Shown here: positions 20,376 through 30,319 of the stretch, one piece after another
Position numbering within the stretch: the stretch's first letter is position 1
How the letters are laid out: every line of letters starts with the position of its first letter
Source: an uncultured bacterium
GTDB lineage: Bacteria > Babelota > Babeliae > Babelales > Babelaceae
Direction: 5' to 3'
DNA: 64,000 nucleotides
Assembly (NCBI GenBank): GCA_963819815.1
Contig: CAWFXL010000001.1
Coordinates: 1,504,001 to 1,568,000, forward strand
Translations under genes and position numbers: made by a program
The notes under the pieces: generated by a model
The model's input: only the letters and a program-made list of their open reading frames with translations
Told to the model about the DNA's origin: nothing
Databases searched by the model: none

Positions 20376-21725
20376 TTAGGAATACAGTTCTCTGAATCTG
20401 CATTTATCGTAGGTTCTTTCTTTGCAAGGGCATGGCTTTGCGTTGCTTGGACATGTTCCTCCTGTGCAGCAGGTGCTTAGACCAGTCTTTTGGTCGACAC
20501 AGCATGCACATACTTTTGTGCTGATACAGCTTTCTGAAGATGCTAAGCAGTCAAGTTGTTTGATGAATTGGGCAACAACTGATGCTGGTAATGCTCCAAC
20601 ACCAAAGTTGACTCCAAGTCTTTGCACGAGTGTTATATAGAAGTAAAGGAATTTCTTTAATTCAATTGCTTGGCAATCAGAAAATTGACAGGCAAGAGTT
20701 ACGAGGTTAGTAGGACTAGCTATTGGATATGCACTAGTTACAGGGCTATTGATCGTGTTATAGAGTAATTGCGGGTTACTTGGTACGTTCTGCATGGCAA
20801 GCGCAATAGTTGCTGACGATGGCGTTATAAAAAAACCTGTCCCATTTCCTGTATGGGGGTTCTCTACATTTCCTGCTGCTGTAGGGCCGACGGCGCTCAA
20901 CAGGCCCTGCATCAATGCATTATTATAGCCTACATACCCTATTGCGCCTACATGGGTTGGGCTTGAGATGGTTGTAAGCATCTGTTCTGTACCAATGGCG
21001 GTAAGATACGTACCGTCTACTGCTGGACCATAAGCCTGCATCCATTGAAAAGGACTGAATGGGCCGAAACCAGTAACGGTAGGACTCCAAGCAGGAGTTG
21101 CGGGAGCTTTAAGATTATCAAAGAGATAAGCAGTAAAGTCAGCTGTTGAGCCGCTCTGGTCACCGCGTACGACGATAGTGAGACTCTGATGACCAGGCTG
21201 GCTATCAGTAGCGTTAAGCCCTAAAAATTTGTATTTAGTCTGTACCTGATCCCAAGTCTTGAAATGGCCAGCAAAAATATCTGCGAGTGCTTCAGCAGTA
21301 AAATTTAATGGAGTTTTTTGGTTTGGGAGATTATAGAAGGGGACTATGCCGATAACTGCTACTGGCCAGTTGAGTAAAGGACCATTTGGACAGACTTGCG
21401 CTAGCGTTGGCGGTACATCGGTTCCTCCAAATAATTGGGTTACTGGGGAGATTATTGTTTCTATTATCCCAGCAGCAGAATTTTGGAACGATACACCGTC
21501 AGCATTATAGGTGAACGTTGGGCACTCATTAACACCTGCATACTGGGTTACAGCATACACACTGAGAGATCTATTACTCATATTAGCTGCATCCGATTGC
21601 CCTTGGACTGAAGAGCCATTCCCTTTAAAGATGGTTGGGAAGCAACAGGTAGTAGAAGTTTGCGCTATCAAGTGTGAAGAGATAGCAAAGGTTGAAAGTA
21701 CTAGTAAACGTAAAAATTTCTTCAT
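20376..21725 (-). CDS. pstS: PstS-like phosphate-binding protein homolog with Cys-rich C-terminal tail (paralog 2)
   Basis: GNGSS, FGGTDVP, VVRGDQSGSTADFTAYL, GAIGYV and YPIASP motifs; tail nearly identical to paralog 1. Confidence 0.8.
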   Translation of the reverse strand: MKKFLRLLVLSTFAISSHLIAQTSTTCCFPTIFKGNGSSVQGQSDAANMSNRSLSVYAVTQYAGVNECPTFTYNADGVSFQNSAAGIIETIISPVTQLFGGTDVPPTLAQVCPNGPLLNWPVAVIGIVPFYNLPNQKTPLNFTAEALADIFAGHFKTWDQVQTKYKFLGLNATDSQPGHQSLTIVVRGDQSGSTADFTAYLFDNLKAPATPAWSPTVTGFGPFSPFQWMQAYGPAVDGTYLTAIGTEQMLTTISSPTHVGAIGYVGYNNALMQGLLSAVGPTAAGNVENPHTGNGTGFFITPSSATIALAMQNVPSNPQLLYNTINSPVTSAYPIASPTNLVTLACQFSDCQAIELKKFLYFYITLVQRLGVNFGVGALPASVVAQFIKQLDCLASSESCISTKVCACCVDQKTGLSTCCTGGTCPSNAKPCPCKERTYDKCRFRELYS

Positions 21726-22225
21726 TGAATGACCCTTTTTTTGAAAAAAGATTGTTTATTATGTGATGCATGATCTTCTAGCTTTTCGTTAGTCTGATAC
21801 GTGTTAGGCGCCTTTCGCTTATTAAGAGTTCTACAAACTAATCTCAGTACATGGTAGATGGTTATCTCAATTGGATTGAAAGATATACGCTAACACTATA
21901 GCTTATTCAGTTGAGCAAAAACAAGGATTTTGTACCTTATTTTTAAGAGAGCTCAATGCAAGGTATCTGCTACCTATAGCTCTCATCTAAGAGAATCATA
22001 CAGTATGCATACCAAGTGAATTCTATGATTCTTTAACGGGGTGCACTCAGTTTTGCTTATTGGTAGTTTCTCAGGCAGTATATTTTTTTTTGCCTAACCT
22101 TTACCTGAGTAGTAACTTCTTGGCTATTATGTTGCGTGTGCAATATGGTCTATGCTATTCTGATCCAGCACGGTATCCTTAGGTACCTCTTACAAGATCC
22201 TGAGGATCATTTACGAAGGAAAACA

Positions 22226-23611
22226 ATGTCAGTAAAGAAAATGTTTGTCTTAGATAGCAACGTATTACTCTATGACCCCGATGCCCTGTTTGCCTATGCA
22301 GATGCAGTGGTAGGGATACCGATTATGGTTCTTGAAGAGCTTGATATCTTTAAAGGCGAGTCGACTGAGCGTGGCTATAATTGTCGAGAGGTTATAAGGC
22401 GTTTAGATGCCTTACGAGAGAGAGGCTCCTTAAAAGAAGGGGTCCAGCTTGATAATGGAGGGATCCTTAGGATTCTCTTTTTCTCGCAATCGGGAGCCTG
22501 TGATCCTTCTCCTTTACCTCTTGAGGTGATCGATAATCGGATACTCTATCTTGCCTATTGTGAGCAAACTCGTGGGTACGAAGTACACTTTGTGACGAAA
22601 GACCTTAATGCACGTGTAAAAGCTGAGGTTATTGGCCTGACTGCTGAAAACTATACCACCGAAGTAGTATCTCAAGATGTGCTCTTTAAAGGATGGGTCA
22701 AAGTAACGGTTCCCTCTATTCAGTTAAAGCAAGGAATTCCTGAAGGGCTTCTTGAGTTCGCAAAAGACTATACCTTTTCAATGAATGAGTTTGCATTGGT
22801 TGAAAGCAGAAACAACCCCTTTAACTATGAGGTGTTTCGCTATGTGGGGCGCGACAAGTTCGTGCCTGTTGTAACACCAAAGATTAACTGGCCGGTAGAA
22901 CCTCGTAATCCTCAGCAGCTTATGGCGCTTGATCTCTTATTTGATAACTCGATTCAGTTTGTATCACTCATCGGTCCTGCAGGGACCGGTAAGACCTTTC
23001 TTATCCTGTTAGCAGCGCTTCATAAGGCCCTTATTGAGCAAGAATATGAAAAGATTCTCATTACTCGCCCTGTAGTTCCCTTGGGTCCTGATATTGGGTA
23101 CCTACCTGGCGATATCCAAGAAAAGCTTCATAGTTGGATGCAGCCCATTTATGATAATATGGACTTTATTTCCCACGCAGTAAATGCAGCAAGCCAGATG
23201 GCTTTATACAAAGAAGAAGGACTGCCTTCGCGCATGAAAAAACAGCGTATTAAGCAGCCCCGAACTGCCCAGATTCCTGGTATTCAGGAGCTTATTGAAG
23301 AGGGGCGCATCAGCTTAGAGGCCATTACCTATATGCGTGGTCGTTCAATTCCCTATCAGTTTATTTTTATAGATGAGGTGCAGAACCTCACACCGCATGA
23401 GGTGAAAACTTTAATCAGTAGGGTGGGCGAAGGAAGTAAGATTATTCTCGCAGGGGATCCTTATCAAATCGATTCACCATACCTTGATTTTACGAGCAAT
23501 GGCCTTGTAGTCGCAAGCTCGAAGTTTAGAGGACAGCCACTGTTTGGATCAGTGTTTCTAGAATCAAGCGAGCGAAGTGAGTTAAGTAGGTTAGCAGGGC
23601 AACTCCTTTAA
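22226..23611 (+). CDS. phoH: PIN domain-PhoH fusion (PhoH2/YlaK-like)
   Basis: PIN motifs VLDSNVLL, VLEELD, DNRIL and TKDLN; PhoH motifs GPAGTGKT, GYLPG, YMRGRS, DEVQN and GDPYQID; ATG 22226 follows an AAGGA RBS. Confidence 0.92.
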   Translation: MSVKKMFVLDSNVLLYDPDALFAYADAVVGIPIMVLEELDIFKGESTERGYNCREVIRRLDALRERGSLKEGVQLDNGGILRILFFSQSGACDPSPLPLEVIDNRILYLAYCEQTRGYEVHFVTKDLNARVKAEVIGLTAENYTTEVVSQDVLFKGWVKVTVPSIQLKQGIPEGLLEFAKDYTFSMNEFALVESRNNPFNYEVFRYVGRDKFVPVVTPKINWPVEPRNPQQLMALDLLFDNSIQFVSLIGPAGTGKTFLILLAALHKALIEQEYEKILITRPVVPLGPDIGYLPGDIQEKLHSWMQPIYDNMDFISHAVNAASQMALYKEEGLPSRMKKQRIKQPRTAQIPGIQELIEEGRISLEAITYMRGRSIPYQFIFIDEVQNLTPHEVKTLISRVGEGSKIILAGDPYQIDSPYLDFTSNGLVVASSKFRGQPLFGSVFLESSERSELSRLAGQLL

Positions 23612-24441
23612 GGGATAACCCCTAATGAGCGTAAATCACTGCGCAGTTGCTGGTAATCTTTGTTATGTATGAGTACGGCTTGCATATTGCATTTGCGTGC
23701 TGCACGGACATTGACCGCTTGGTCGTCGATGAGAACGCATTCTTGAGGATTCAGGTGATAGGTCTCAATAAGATACTCAAAGGCGTTTTGGTTTGGCTTA
23801 ATGCGTTTAATATGGCCTGAAATGACTATCTCTTCAAAGTACCTAAATACAGCCATATGCTGTCCTTTAAAGATATCAAAGGAGATCTGGTCCCAGTTTG
23901 AAAACACAAATTGACGATGAGCCTTCGTACCATCCTTATTTTTCATACGATACGATTCCTGTAGGAGTTTGATTCCTTCTTCTGCCGGATGAATGTTGCG
24001 TGCAAGTACCACGGGATCAAACATGGCTTTGATGCATCGCCAAATAAGGTTCATCTGAGCTTTGCTGTCAAAGTAATCGCAGGCATAGAGCTTCTTGATC
24101 AAAGGACGACTTTGTTGAACAATCTCTTCACCCGTAACGGTTCCTGCTTGCCATTTGCACATGATGGGGGGTAAGCACAAGCCGTGCGAAGATCCTGCAA
24201 CGTCCTTTCTTTGCGTCTCGTCTTGATCAAGATGATTAATCACATCAAAAAGTACCGGCTGGATGTTTGGAGAGCGGAAGTCGAAGATGGCGTGACTTAA
24301 GAAGTTTTCAAGGCCAACCTCAAGAGCAACTCCGATTTTGTCAGGCTCAAAGAGTACACCACCAAGGTCCCAAAGGATGACCTTAGCAGGTAAACTAAAG
24401 AAGGTGCAGAGCATTATACAGAGAATTACTTTTCTGGGCAT
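23608..24441 (-). CDS. HAD-superfamily phosphatase with N-terminal signal or hydrophobic segment
   Basis: WDLGGVL, FSN, KP and IDD..VNV motifs. Confidence 0.85.
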   Translation of the reverse strand: MPRKVILCIMLCTFFSLPAKVILWDLGGVLFEPDKIGVALEVGLENFLSHAIFDFRSPNIQPVLFDVINHLDQDETQRKDVAGSSHGLCLPPIMCKWQAGTVTGEEIVQQSRPLIKKLYACDYFDSKAQMNLIWRCIKAMFDPVVLARNIHPAEEGIKLLQESYRMKNKDGTKAHRQFVFSNWDQISFDIFKGQHMAVFRYFEEIVISGHIKRIKPNQNAFEYLIETYHLNPQECVLIDDQAVNVRAARKCNMQAVLIHNKDYQQLRSDLRSLGVIP

Positions 24442-24543
24442 TCGACTCCTTTTTTTGCCATTAGCTCTAGTATACCCTTGCAATGGTATTTTTTGGAAGA
24501 GAATACCTGCTCAGTTGAGTGACATTGTTAAGCTACAACAAAA

Positions 24544-24569
24544 CCCCTGCAACCAGAAAGCTGCAGGGG
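24544..24569 (-). terminator. Probable terminator after the small acidic protein
   Basis: CCCCTGCA...TGCAGGGG stem followed by a T run on the minus strand. Confidence 0.55.
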
Positions 24570-24594
24570 CTCATTATTCTTAGAGTTTAACTAC

Positions 24595-24816
24595 TTACTC
24601 GTCGTCATCCTCATCTTCATCGTCGAAGTCATCATCGTCATCATCATCGTCGTCGTCATCATCGTCGTCATCTTCTTCATCTTCGTCATCGACTTTAGCT
24701 GAAAAAAATTGCTTACCAGGATGCTCTCCTCGAGTATCTTTTCTGGTTTCCGCAATAAGCGGAGTCATCTGTTTGCTTACCGAAGCAAGTAACGTTATAG
24801 GTAGCGCCATAGACAA
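24595..24816 (-). CDS. Small hypothetical protein with poly-Asp/Glu tail
   Basis: AAAGGA RBS; tail of about 30 acidic residues encoded by mixed GAT/GAC/GAA codons; directly downstream of dnaE. Confidence 0.65.
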   Translation of the reverse strand: MSMALPITLLASVSKQMTPLIAETRKDTRGEHPGKQFFSAKVDDEDEEDDDDDDDDDDDDDDDFDDEDEDDDE

Positions 24817-24843
24817 TCCTTTTAGGTGAAAGTGGTGGTTTTT

Positions 24844-27800
24844 TTAAATATGAATATGAGCAAGTATATTATATTCTTTCAGCTCTTTCAAAAATTTCTC
24901 AGTTACCGTAATTCGTTCCTTTGCCAGGAGCGAGAATCGTCGCTCCTGTTCAGTAAACTGAAGCTCTAAAGGCACCGTACCCGGTTGAGCAGTTCTTTTA
25001 AGAGTTGCAAGAATATCGGTGGTCACTGCTGCGGGAAGCTGCAGAACTACTTTTGTTGCAAGCTTAAGCTCAAATAAAAGATCGAGAGGAATAATAGTTT
25101 GGGCTTTTATCTTGATGATGTCTGATGAGGCGTCGACCGCTCCTTTGACGATAAATACGCTATAGGATTTCAGGTGCTCTTCGCTTTGCGCAAATGTTTT
25201 TGGGAAGATCACGATTTCTGCTTTGCTCTGATAATCCTCAAAGAGGGCGAATGCCATTTTATCCCCCTTTTTGGTGGTTATAACTTTATGGCTTTTAAGG
25301 GTTCCACAGGTGATAACGAGTGTTTCAGCAGGTAGCTGAGCAGCTTGCTCAAAGCTCAGTGCATTAATCCATTGTATATGGTGCACATAACTATCAAGGG
25401 GCTGAGCACTGATATAGAGACCAAGGACCTCTTTTTCCTTCTCAAGCTTCTCACTGTCGGACCATTCTGCAAGAGGATGAAACGTGTACTCAACATGTTT
25501 TTCAATGTTTGTTTGGGGCAGATCAAAAAGGCCCATTTGACCCGTTTGTTCTGACTTTTTCTTCTCAAGGGCTTTCTCAATAACCTTAGGAAGCTCTTCA
25601 TGCTTTTGAGCACGATTACCAGGAAGGGAATCAAAAGCTCCTGCGCTAATCAGATTTTCGATGACACGCTTATTGCAGGTTCGTAAATCGATACGCTTAC
25701 AAAAATCTAAGAGATCTTTAAAAGGACCACCTTCAGTACGATGAGCAAGCATAGAATCAAGAGCTGCCATGCCCACATTCTTAATACCTCTCAGTCCAAA
25801 ACGAATGACTCCATTAACCACGGTAAAGTCTGTCTGTGATTCATTAATATCAGGTGGTAGTACCTTAAGTCCTCTATCTCGTGCTTCATATACATATTTT
25901 GCCATCGACTCTGCATTACCCATCTCAAGAGAGATTAAGCAGGCGAGGAACTCTGCAGGATAGTTTGCCTTTAAGTAAGCAGTTTGATAGGCAATGAGCG
26001 CATATGCTGCTGAGTGTGACTTATTAAATCCGTATCCTGCAAAGTAGGCCATGAGGTCAAAGAGCTCTTTTGCCTTCTCTGTATCAAAGTTACGAGCGGT
26101 TGCTTTGTCCATGAAGATCTTGCGCTGCTCATCCATAACCTCAACTTTCTTTTTTCCCATGGCGCGTCGAAGAATGTCAGCTTCCCCGAGGCTGTAGCCA
26201 CCTATCGTAGAAGCGATTTTAATGACCTGCTCCTGATAAACAATAACCCCATAGGTTTCTGAAAGCAGGGGCTCAAGCTCAGGAAAGAGATAAATAATTT
26301 CTTGGCGTCCATGCTTTCGTTCAATAAAGTCGTCGACCATTCCAGATCCAAGTGGACCTGGTCGGTACAGTGCGTTTACTGCAATAATATCTTCAAAACA
26401 GGCAGGCTGGAGTTTGCGTAGAACTTCTTTAAGACCGCTCGACTCTAATTGGAATACCCCCGATGTTTCGCCTTTACCAAGTAGCACAAAGGTTTTGGGG
26501 TCATCAAGAGGGATACGGGTAATATCGATCACCGTACCATGGAGCTTCTTAATAAGGTCCGTAGTATGTTTGATCAGCGTGAGATTCTTAAGTCCCAAAA
26601 AGTCCATCTTCAAGAAACCCAGAGTTTCAAGTTCGGTCATCGCATATTGGGTTACCAAGTCAGATGTCTTTGGCGGCACAAATACGGGGAGCATATCACT
26701 AATCGGTTCAGGTGCGATAACAATACCCGCAGCATGCTTAGAGGCATGCCGAGTAACTCCTTCAAGCCGTTTTGCAAGATCAAAGAGCTTGGCAACTTGA
26801 GGGTTGGTATCGATCATCTCTTGGAGCTTAGGCTCTTGCTTAATGGCCTCATCAAGCGTTATTTTAAGCTGATCAGGGATAAAGTTAGTAAGCGTATTTG
26901 AGTCTTCAAAAGGGAAGCCCAACGCTCGAGCAACATCTTTGATAACCCCTTTTGCAAGCATAGTACCAAATGTAATAATCTGACAGACCTTATCGTGTCC
27001 ATACCGATCCTTTACGTAGTTAATAACCGCATCGCGGCCATTAATACAAAAGTCGATATCGATATCTGGCATCGATACCCGCTCTGGATTTAAAAAACGC
27101 TCAAAGAGGAGATTGTACTTTAAAGGATCAATATCAGTAATTTGCAAAGACCAGGCAACAAGACTCCCGGCTGCAGAGCCCCTACCTGGGCCTACAGGAA
27201 TATCATTGGCACGAGCCCATGCAATAAAGTCGCTCACCACAAGGAAGTATCCGACGAAGCCCATCTTGATAATAAGCTGCACTTCAAGCTCAAGTCGATC
27301 GCGATATTCTTGCTCTTTTATCCGTTCAATTCTTTCAGAATCGAGCAATTTATTGAGCCCTTCGAAACATATCTTATGAAAGTAGGTATCTTCCGTATAA
27401 TCGGGGGGCAGCTCAAACTTAGGGAAAAAGAGTTTACCCGTTTCAAACTGGAAGTTGCAGCTATCTGCTATTTTACCACTATTCCATACGGCATCTTCGT
27501 GATCCTTAAAGCTGACAAGCATCTCATCGGGTGTGCGAATATACGCTCTACAGTCGCCAAACGTAAACCGGTCAGTATCTGAGACTTTTGCATGAGTTTG
27601 GATGGCGAGCATCGTTTCATGAGCTTCATGATCATCTTGCGATACATAGTGACAGTCTCCTGCTGCAACCAGCTGGATACCACGGCGCTTACTCACTTCA
27701 TACAGACGATTATTAAGTATGACCTGCTCCTGCTGGTCTGCTGGTTGTACCTCTAAATAGAAGCGCTCTTCACCAAATACCCGTAAAAACCAGTCAATTC

Positions 27801-28266
27801 GTTCATCAGCCTTGGTATACTGCTCCTGCATAAGAAGAGACGGTATATGGCCTCCCAAGCAGGCAGTAGTGACAATGAGACCTTCATTATACTGTTCAAG
27901 GAGTTTGTAATCGATCCGTGGCTTAAAGTAAAACCCTTCTTGGTAGGCATAAGAAATAAGTTTACAGAGATTTTTGTAGCCGGTGGCATTTTGAACGAGA
28001 ATAATGAGGTGATAGTACTTATTTTCACTGAGTTTAAGTCGTGCATCTTCAGTAAAGTATGCTTCCATGCCAAGAACAGGCTTGATACCAGCTTGATTTG
28101 CAGCTTCAAAGAACTTAACCGCCCCAAATATGTTCCCATGATCAGTAATGGCGAGTGCTTTAAGCTTGTGCTCTTTCCCAAACTTAATAAGCTTCTTGAT
28201 GGTAATAGCACCATCGAGGAGCGAATAGTCAGAGTGAAGATGCAGATGCGTAAAGTGTTTTTCCAT
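24844..28266 (-). CDS. dnaE: DNA polymerase III alpha subunit
   Basis: PHP motif HLHLHSDYSLLDG, GPGRGSAAGS, RVSMPDIDIDF, KMDFLGL, YGFNKSH and OB fold. Confidence 0.98.
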   Translation of the reverse strand: MEKHFTHLHLHSDYSLLDGAITIKKLIKFGKEHKLKALAITDHGNIFGAVKFFEAANQAGIKPVLGMEAYFTEDARLKLSENKYYHLIILVQNATGYKNLCKLISYAYQEGFYFKPRIDYKLLEQYNEGLIVTTACLGGHIPSLLMQEQYTKADERIDWFLRVFGEERFYLEVQPADQQEQVILNNRLYEVSKRRGIQLVAAGDCHYVSQDDHEAHETMLAIQTHAKVSDTDRFTFGDCRAYIRTPDEMLVSFKDHEDAVWNSGKIADSCNFQFETGKLFFPKFELPPDYTEDTYFHKICFEGLNKLLDSERIERIKEQEYRDRLELEVQLIIKMGFVGYFLVVSDFIAWARANDIPVGPGRGSAAGSLVAWSLQITDIDPLKYNLLFERFLNPERVSMPDIDIDFCINGRDAVINYVKDRYGHDKVCQIITFGTMLAKGVIKDVARALGFPFEDSNTLTNFIPDQLKITLDEAIKQEPKLQEMIDTNPQVAKLFDLAKRLEGVTRHASKHAAGIVIAPEPISDMLPVFVPPKTSDLVTQYAMTELETLGFLKMDFLGLKNLTLIKHTTDLIKKLHGTVIDITRIPLDDPKTFVLLGKGETSGVFQLESSGLKEVLRKLQPACFEDIIAVNALYRPGPLGSGMVDDFIERKHGRQEIIYLFPELEPLLSETYGVIVYQEQVIKIASTIGGYSLGEADILRRAMGKKKVEVMDEQRKIFMDKATARNFDTEKAKELFDLMAYFAGYGFNKSHSAAYALIAYQTAYLKANYPAEFLACLISLEMGNAESMAKYVYEARDRGLKVLPPDINESQTDFTVVNGVIRFGLRGIKNVGMAALDSMLAHRTEGGPFKDLLDFCKRIDLRTCNKRVIENLISAGAFDSLPGNRAQKHEELPKVIEKALEKKKSEQTGQMGLFDLPQTNIEKHVEYTFHPLAEWSDSEKLEKEKEVLGLYISAQPLDSYVHHIQWINALSFEQAAQLPAETLVITCGTLKSHKVITTKKGDKMAFALFEDYQSKAEIVIFPKTFAQSEEHLKSYSVFIVKGAVDASSDIIKIKAQTIIPLDLLFELKLATKVVLQLPAAVTTDILATLKRTAQPGTVPLELQFTEQERRFSLLAKERITVTEKFLKELKEYNILAHIHI

Positions 28267-28447
28267 GGCCCACATAGTAGCAGGGATTTATCAGTAGTGC
28301 GTACTTTTAGTATACCACACTGGTGATATTTGGGTAAGGGCAAACGTGTTACGAAAATATAGTTGGTTAATGCATCAATGTGAGGAGATTGGTTTAAGAA
28401 AGGGCTACTTTAGAGAGTATTTATATGATTTCATAATCAGAAGAGCT

Positions 28448-28657
28448 CTATTTAATAAATAAGCGTTTTACTTCATCTTGGGAACGATACTCTTTTTCTT
28501 GTTCGAATGCTTTTTCAGCCACCGAACCAAAATACATGTCTTCGATTTCTTCAATCAATTTCTCATACTGGTCTAGGCTCAAGATGACGCCGGTTTTTTT
28601 TCCAGAAGCATCAATAATGTATTGTGGCTCGAACTCTTCTAGTGTGTTTTTTTTCAT
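28448..28657 (-). CDS. Small antitoxin-like protein with no adjacent toxin
   Basis: YIIDASGKKTGVILSLDQYEKLIEEIED pattern, as in Phd-like/RelB-type antitoxins. Confidence 0.6.
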   Translation of the reverse strand: MKKNTLEEFEPQYIIDASGKKTGVILSLDQYEKLIEEIEDMYFGSVAEKAFEQEKEYRSQDEVKRLFIK

Positions 28658-28742
28658 AATTATTTCCTTTTTAGGTAGATGCGCATATTATATCTATGAT
28701 TAATCATAATATCGCAATCAGATAAAGAGCGCTATTGCTATT

Positions 28743-29939
28743 TTAATTTCTCTTTTCCTCTAAGATGTCGTGAATCAAGTGTCCTGAAGATTGCCAGCTT
28801 AAAACCGAAGCCTGTGGCCAGTGCTGGGTATCTGAACCACCATAGATAACGTAATTAGAAGAGTTTGATGTTTGAGTGATTGAGTTCCAGAATTGAATGC
28901 TCTTGAAAAAGTCTGGCGCAATCGTTTTGCTTGATTTAATTTCAACTGCAAGTGGATGGGGCTTTATATCAATAATCGCATCAATTTCATGACCTGTATG
29001 ATCACGCCAAAAGTACAGGTTTGGTGTTCGGTCGAGATTGAAAAATTGCTTATTCAAATCACTCATAATACAGGTTTCGATTAATGAGCCACGAAGATAG
29101 CTATGGGAAACATCGTCTACCGTGTTTAAACCAAGTAATGAACAGGCAAGTCCCGTATCTACAAAATATAATTTGGGTGTTTTGACTAGACGCTTTCCGT
29201 ATTTTTCATAGTAAGGCTGCACAAGAAATACGATATAGGAAGATACAAGTAATGAAAGCCATGCATTGACTGTATGATAGGAGATTCCAAGATCTTCAGC
29301 AATGGATGATAAGTTTAATAATTGGCCCGATCGGGCAGCACAAGTTATGATAAACTTTTTAAAGAGCAATAGATCCGTTATGTATTTAATCTGTCGTATG
29401 TCTTGCTCAACATAGGTTTCTATATAATTTTTATAGAGAATGCTTATAGGAACGTCCTGGCCATAGAGTTTTGGATAGCTACCCTTTAAGACATAATCCT
29501 CAATTCGATCAGCCAGTAGACTGGCTTCTCGGAGCTCCTGAATTGAAAGAGGGAAAAGCGTAAGCTTCGCTACTCTACCGGCGAGGCTTTGAGTAATCCG
29601 CTCATCGAGAGCGAAATTCTGCGAACCGGTTAAAATATAGCGACCATTCTTTGGATCTTCATCAGCAAGGACCTGGACATAGGAAAAAAGGTCCGGAGCA
29701 TGCTGTGCTTCGTCAATAATAATGCCAGTTTTACCCAAGAAGTCCTTTAGGAATCTTTTTGGATCGGCTGATGCAAGGCTCCGCAAGGTAAGGTCTTCAA
29801 GATTGACATAGGCGTGATCAGGAAATACGAGACGTGCAAGTGTTGTTTTTCCTGATTGCCGCGGTCCAAGTATGGCTACCACAGGGAAGTGCTTTGCTGC
29901 TTCTACCAACTGTTGATGCAAACTGCGTTTTATTATCAT
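28743..29939 (-). CDS. ATP-binding protein (AAA_14 plus DUF4143)
   Basis: GPRQSGKTT, IIDEAQ, LTGSQ, SLAGR, TPKLYFVDTGL and FWRD...EID...EIKS motifs. Confidence 0.9.
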   Translation of the reverse strand: MIIKRSLHQQLVEAAKHFPVVAILGPRQSGKTTLARLVFPDHAYVNLEDLTLRSLASADPKRFLKDFLGKTGIIIDEAQHAPDLFSYVQVLADEDPKNGRYILTGSQNFALDERITQSLAGRVAKLTLFPLSIQELREASLLADRIEDYVLKGSYPKLYGQDVPISILYKNYIETYVEQDIRQIKYITDLLLFKKFIITCAARSGQLLNLSSIAEDLGISYHTVNAWLSLLVSSYIVFLVQPYYEKYGKRLVKTPKLYFVDTGLACSLLGLNTVDDVSHSYLRGSLIETCIMSDLNKQFFNLDRTPNLYFWRDHTGHEIDAIIDIKPHPLAVEIKSSKTIAPDFFKSIQFWNSITQTSNSSNYVIYGGSDTQHWPQASVLSWQSSGHLIHDILEEKRN

Positions 29940-29995
29940 ATTTGTCCTCTCCCAGAATGTGTATGCACTTATGTATGTAACTTTCTTGCCTGCGT

Positions 29996-30144
29996 TTCTA
30001 AATTTACATGGTTATTGGGGAAGTTGCAATGATTTTAAGGAAAAATTCCTAAAAAAACAATGGCAAAACATCTTCTAAAATTTCCTATGGATCAACATTT
30101 CTAACTTTTCAAGTAACATTAGCAATCAAACTTCTAATTTTACA
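29996..30144. repeat. Degenerate direct repeats TTCTAA(A/C/T)TTT(A/T)CA upstream of the DUF4143 ATPase
   Basis: Copies at 29996, 30073 (weak), 30099 and 30132. Confidence 0.45.
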
Positions 30145-30198
30145 AATTTAGATCGTTGGTAATGCCCTAATACTGACAACCCACCAGTAGCCGTCAAG

Positions 30199-30312
30199 GC
30201 AATATTCCTTAGGAAAACGTGCTGATTTTCACGTTTTTCCAACGAATAACGTGTGAGGTGACTACGTTTTTCTAAGGAATATTGCGAGTTTCGACACGTT
30301 TTCCTAACAAAT
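30199..30312. repeat. Repeats of ACGTTTTYCTAAGGAATA: three direct copies at 33/32-bp spacing and one inverted copy
   Basis: Direct copies start at 30231, 30264 and 30296; inverted copy 30199-30220 matches 30264-30285 at 21 of 22 positions. Confidence 0.8.
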
Positions 30313-30319
30313 CCATCTT

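Noticed and set aside
25345..28343. Many 60-200-aa ORFs overlapping dnaE and other long genes
   Set aside because: They are antisense or off-frame shadows of well-supported genes, with no recognisable motifs.
30199..30312. Possible mini-CRISPR array
   Set aside because: Units are about 18 bp and degenerate with gaps of about 15 bp, one copy is inverted, and no cas genes are in the window.
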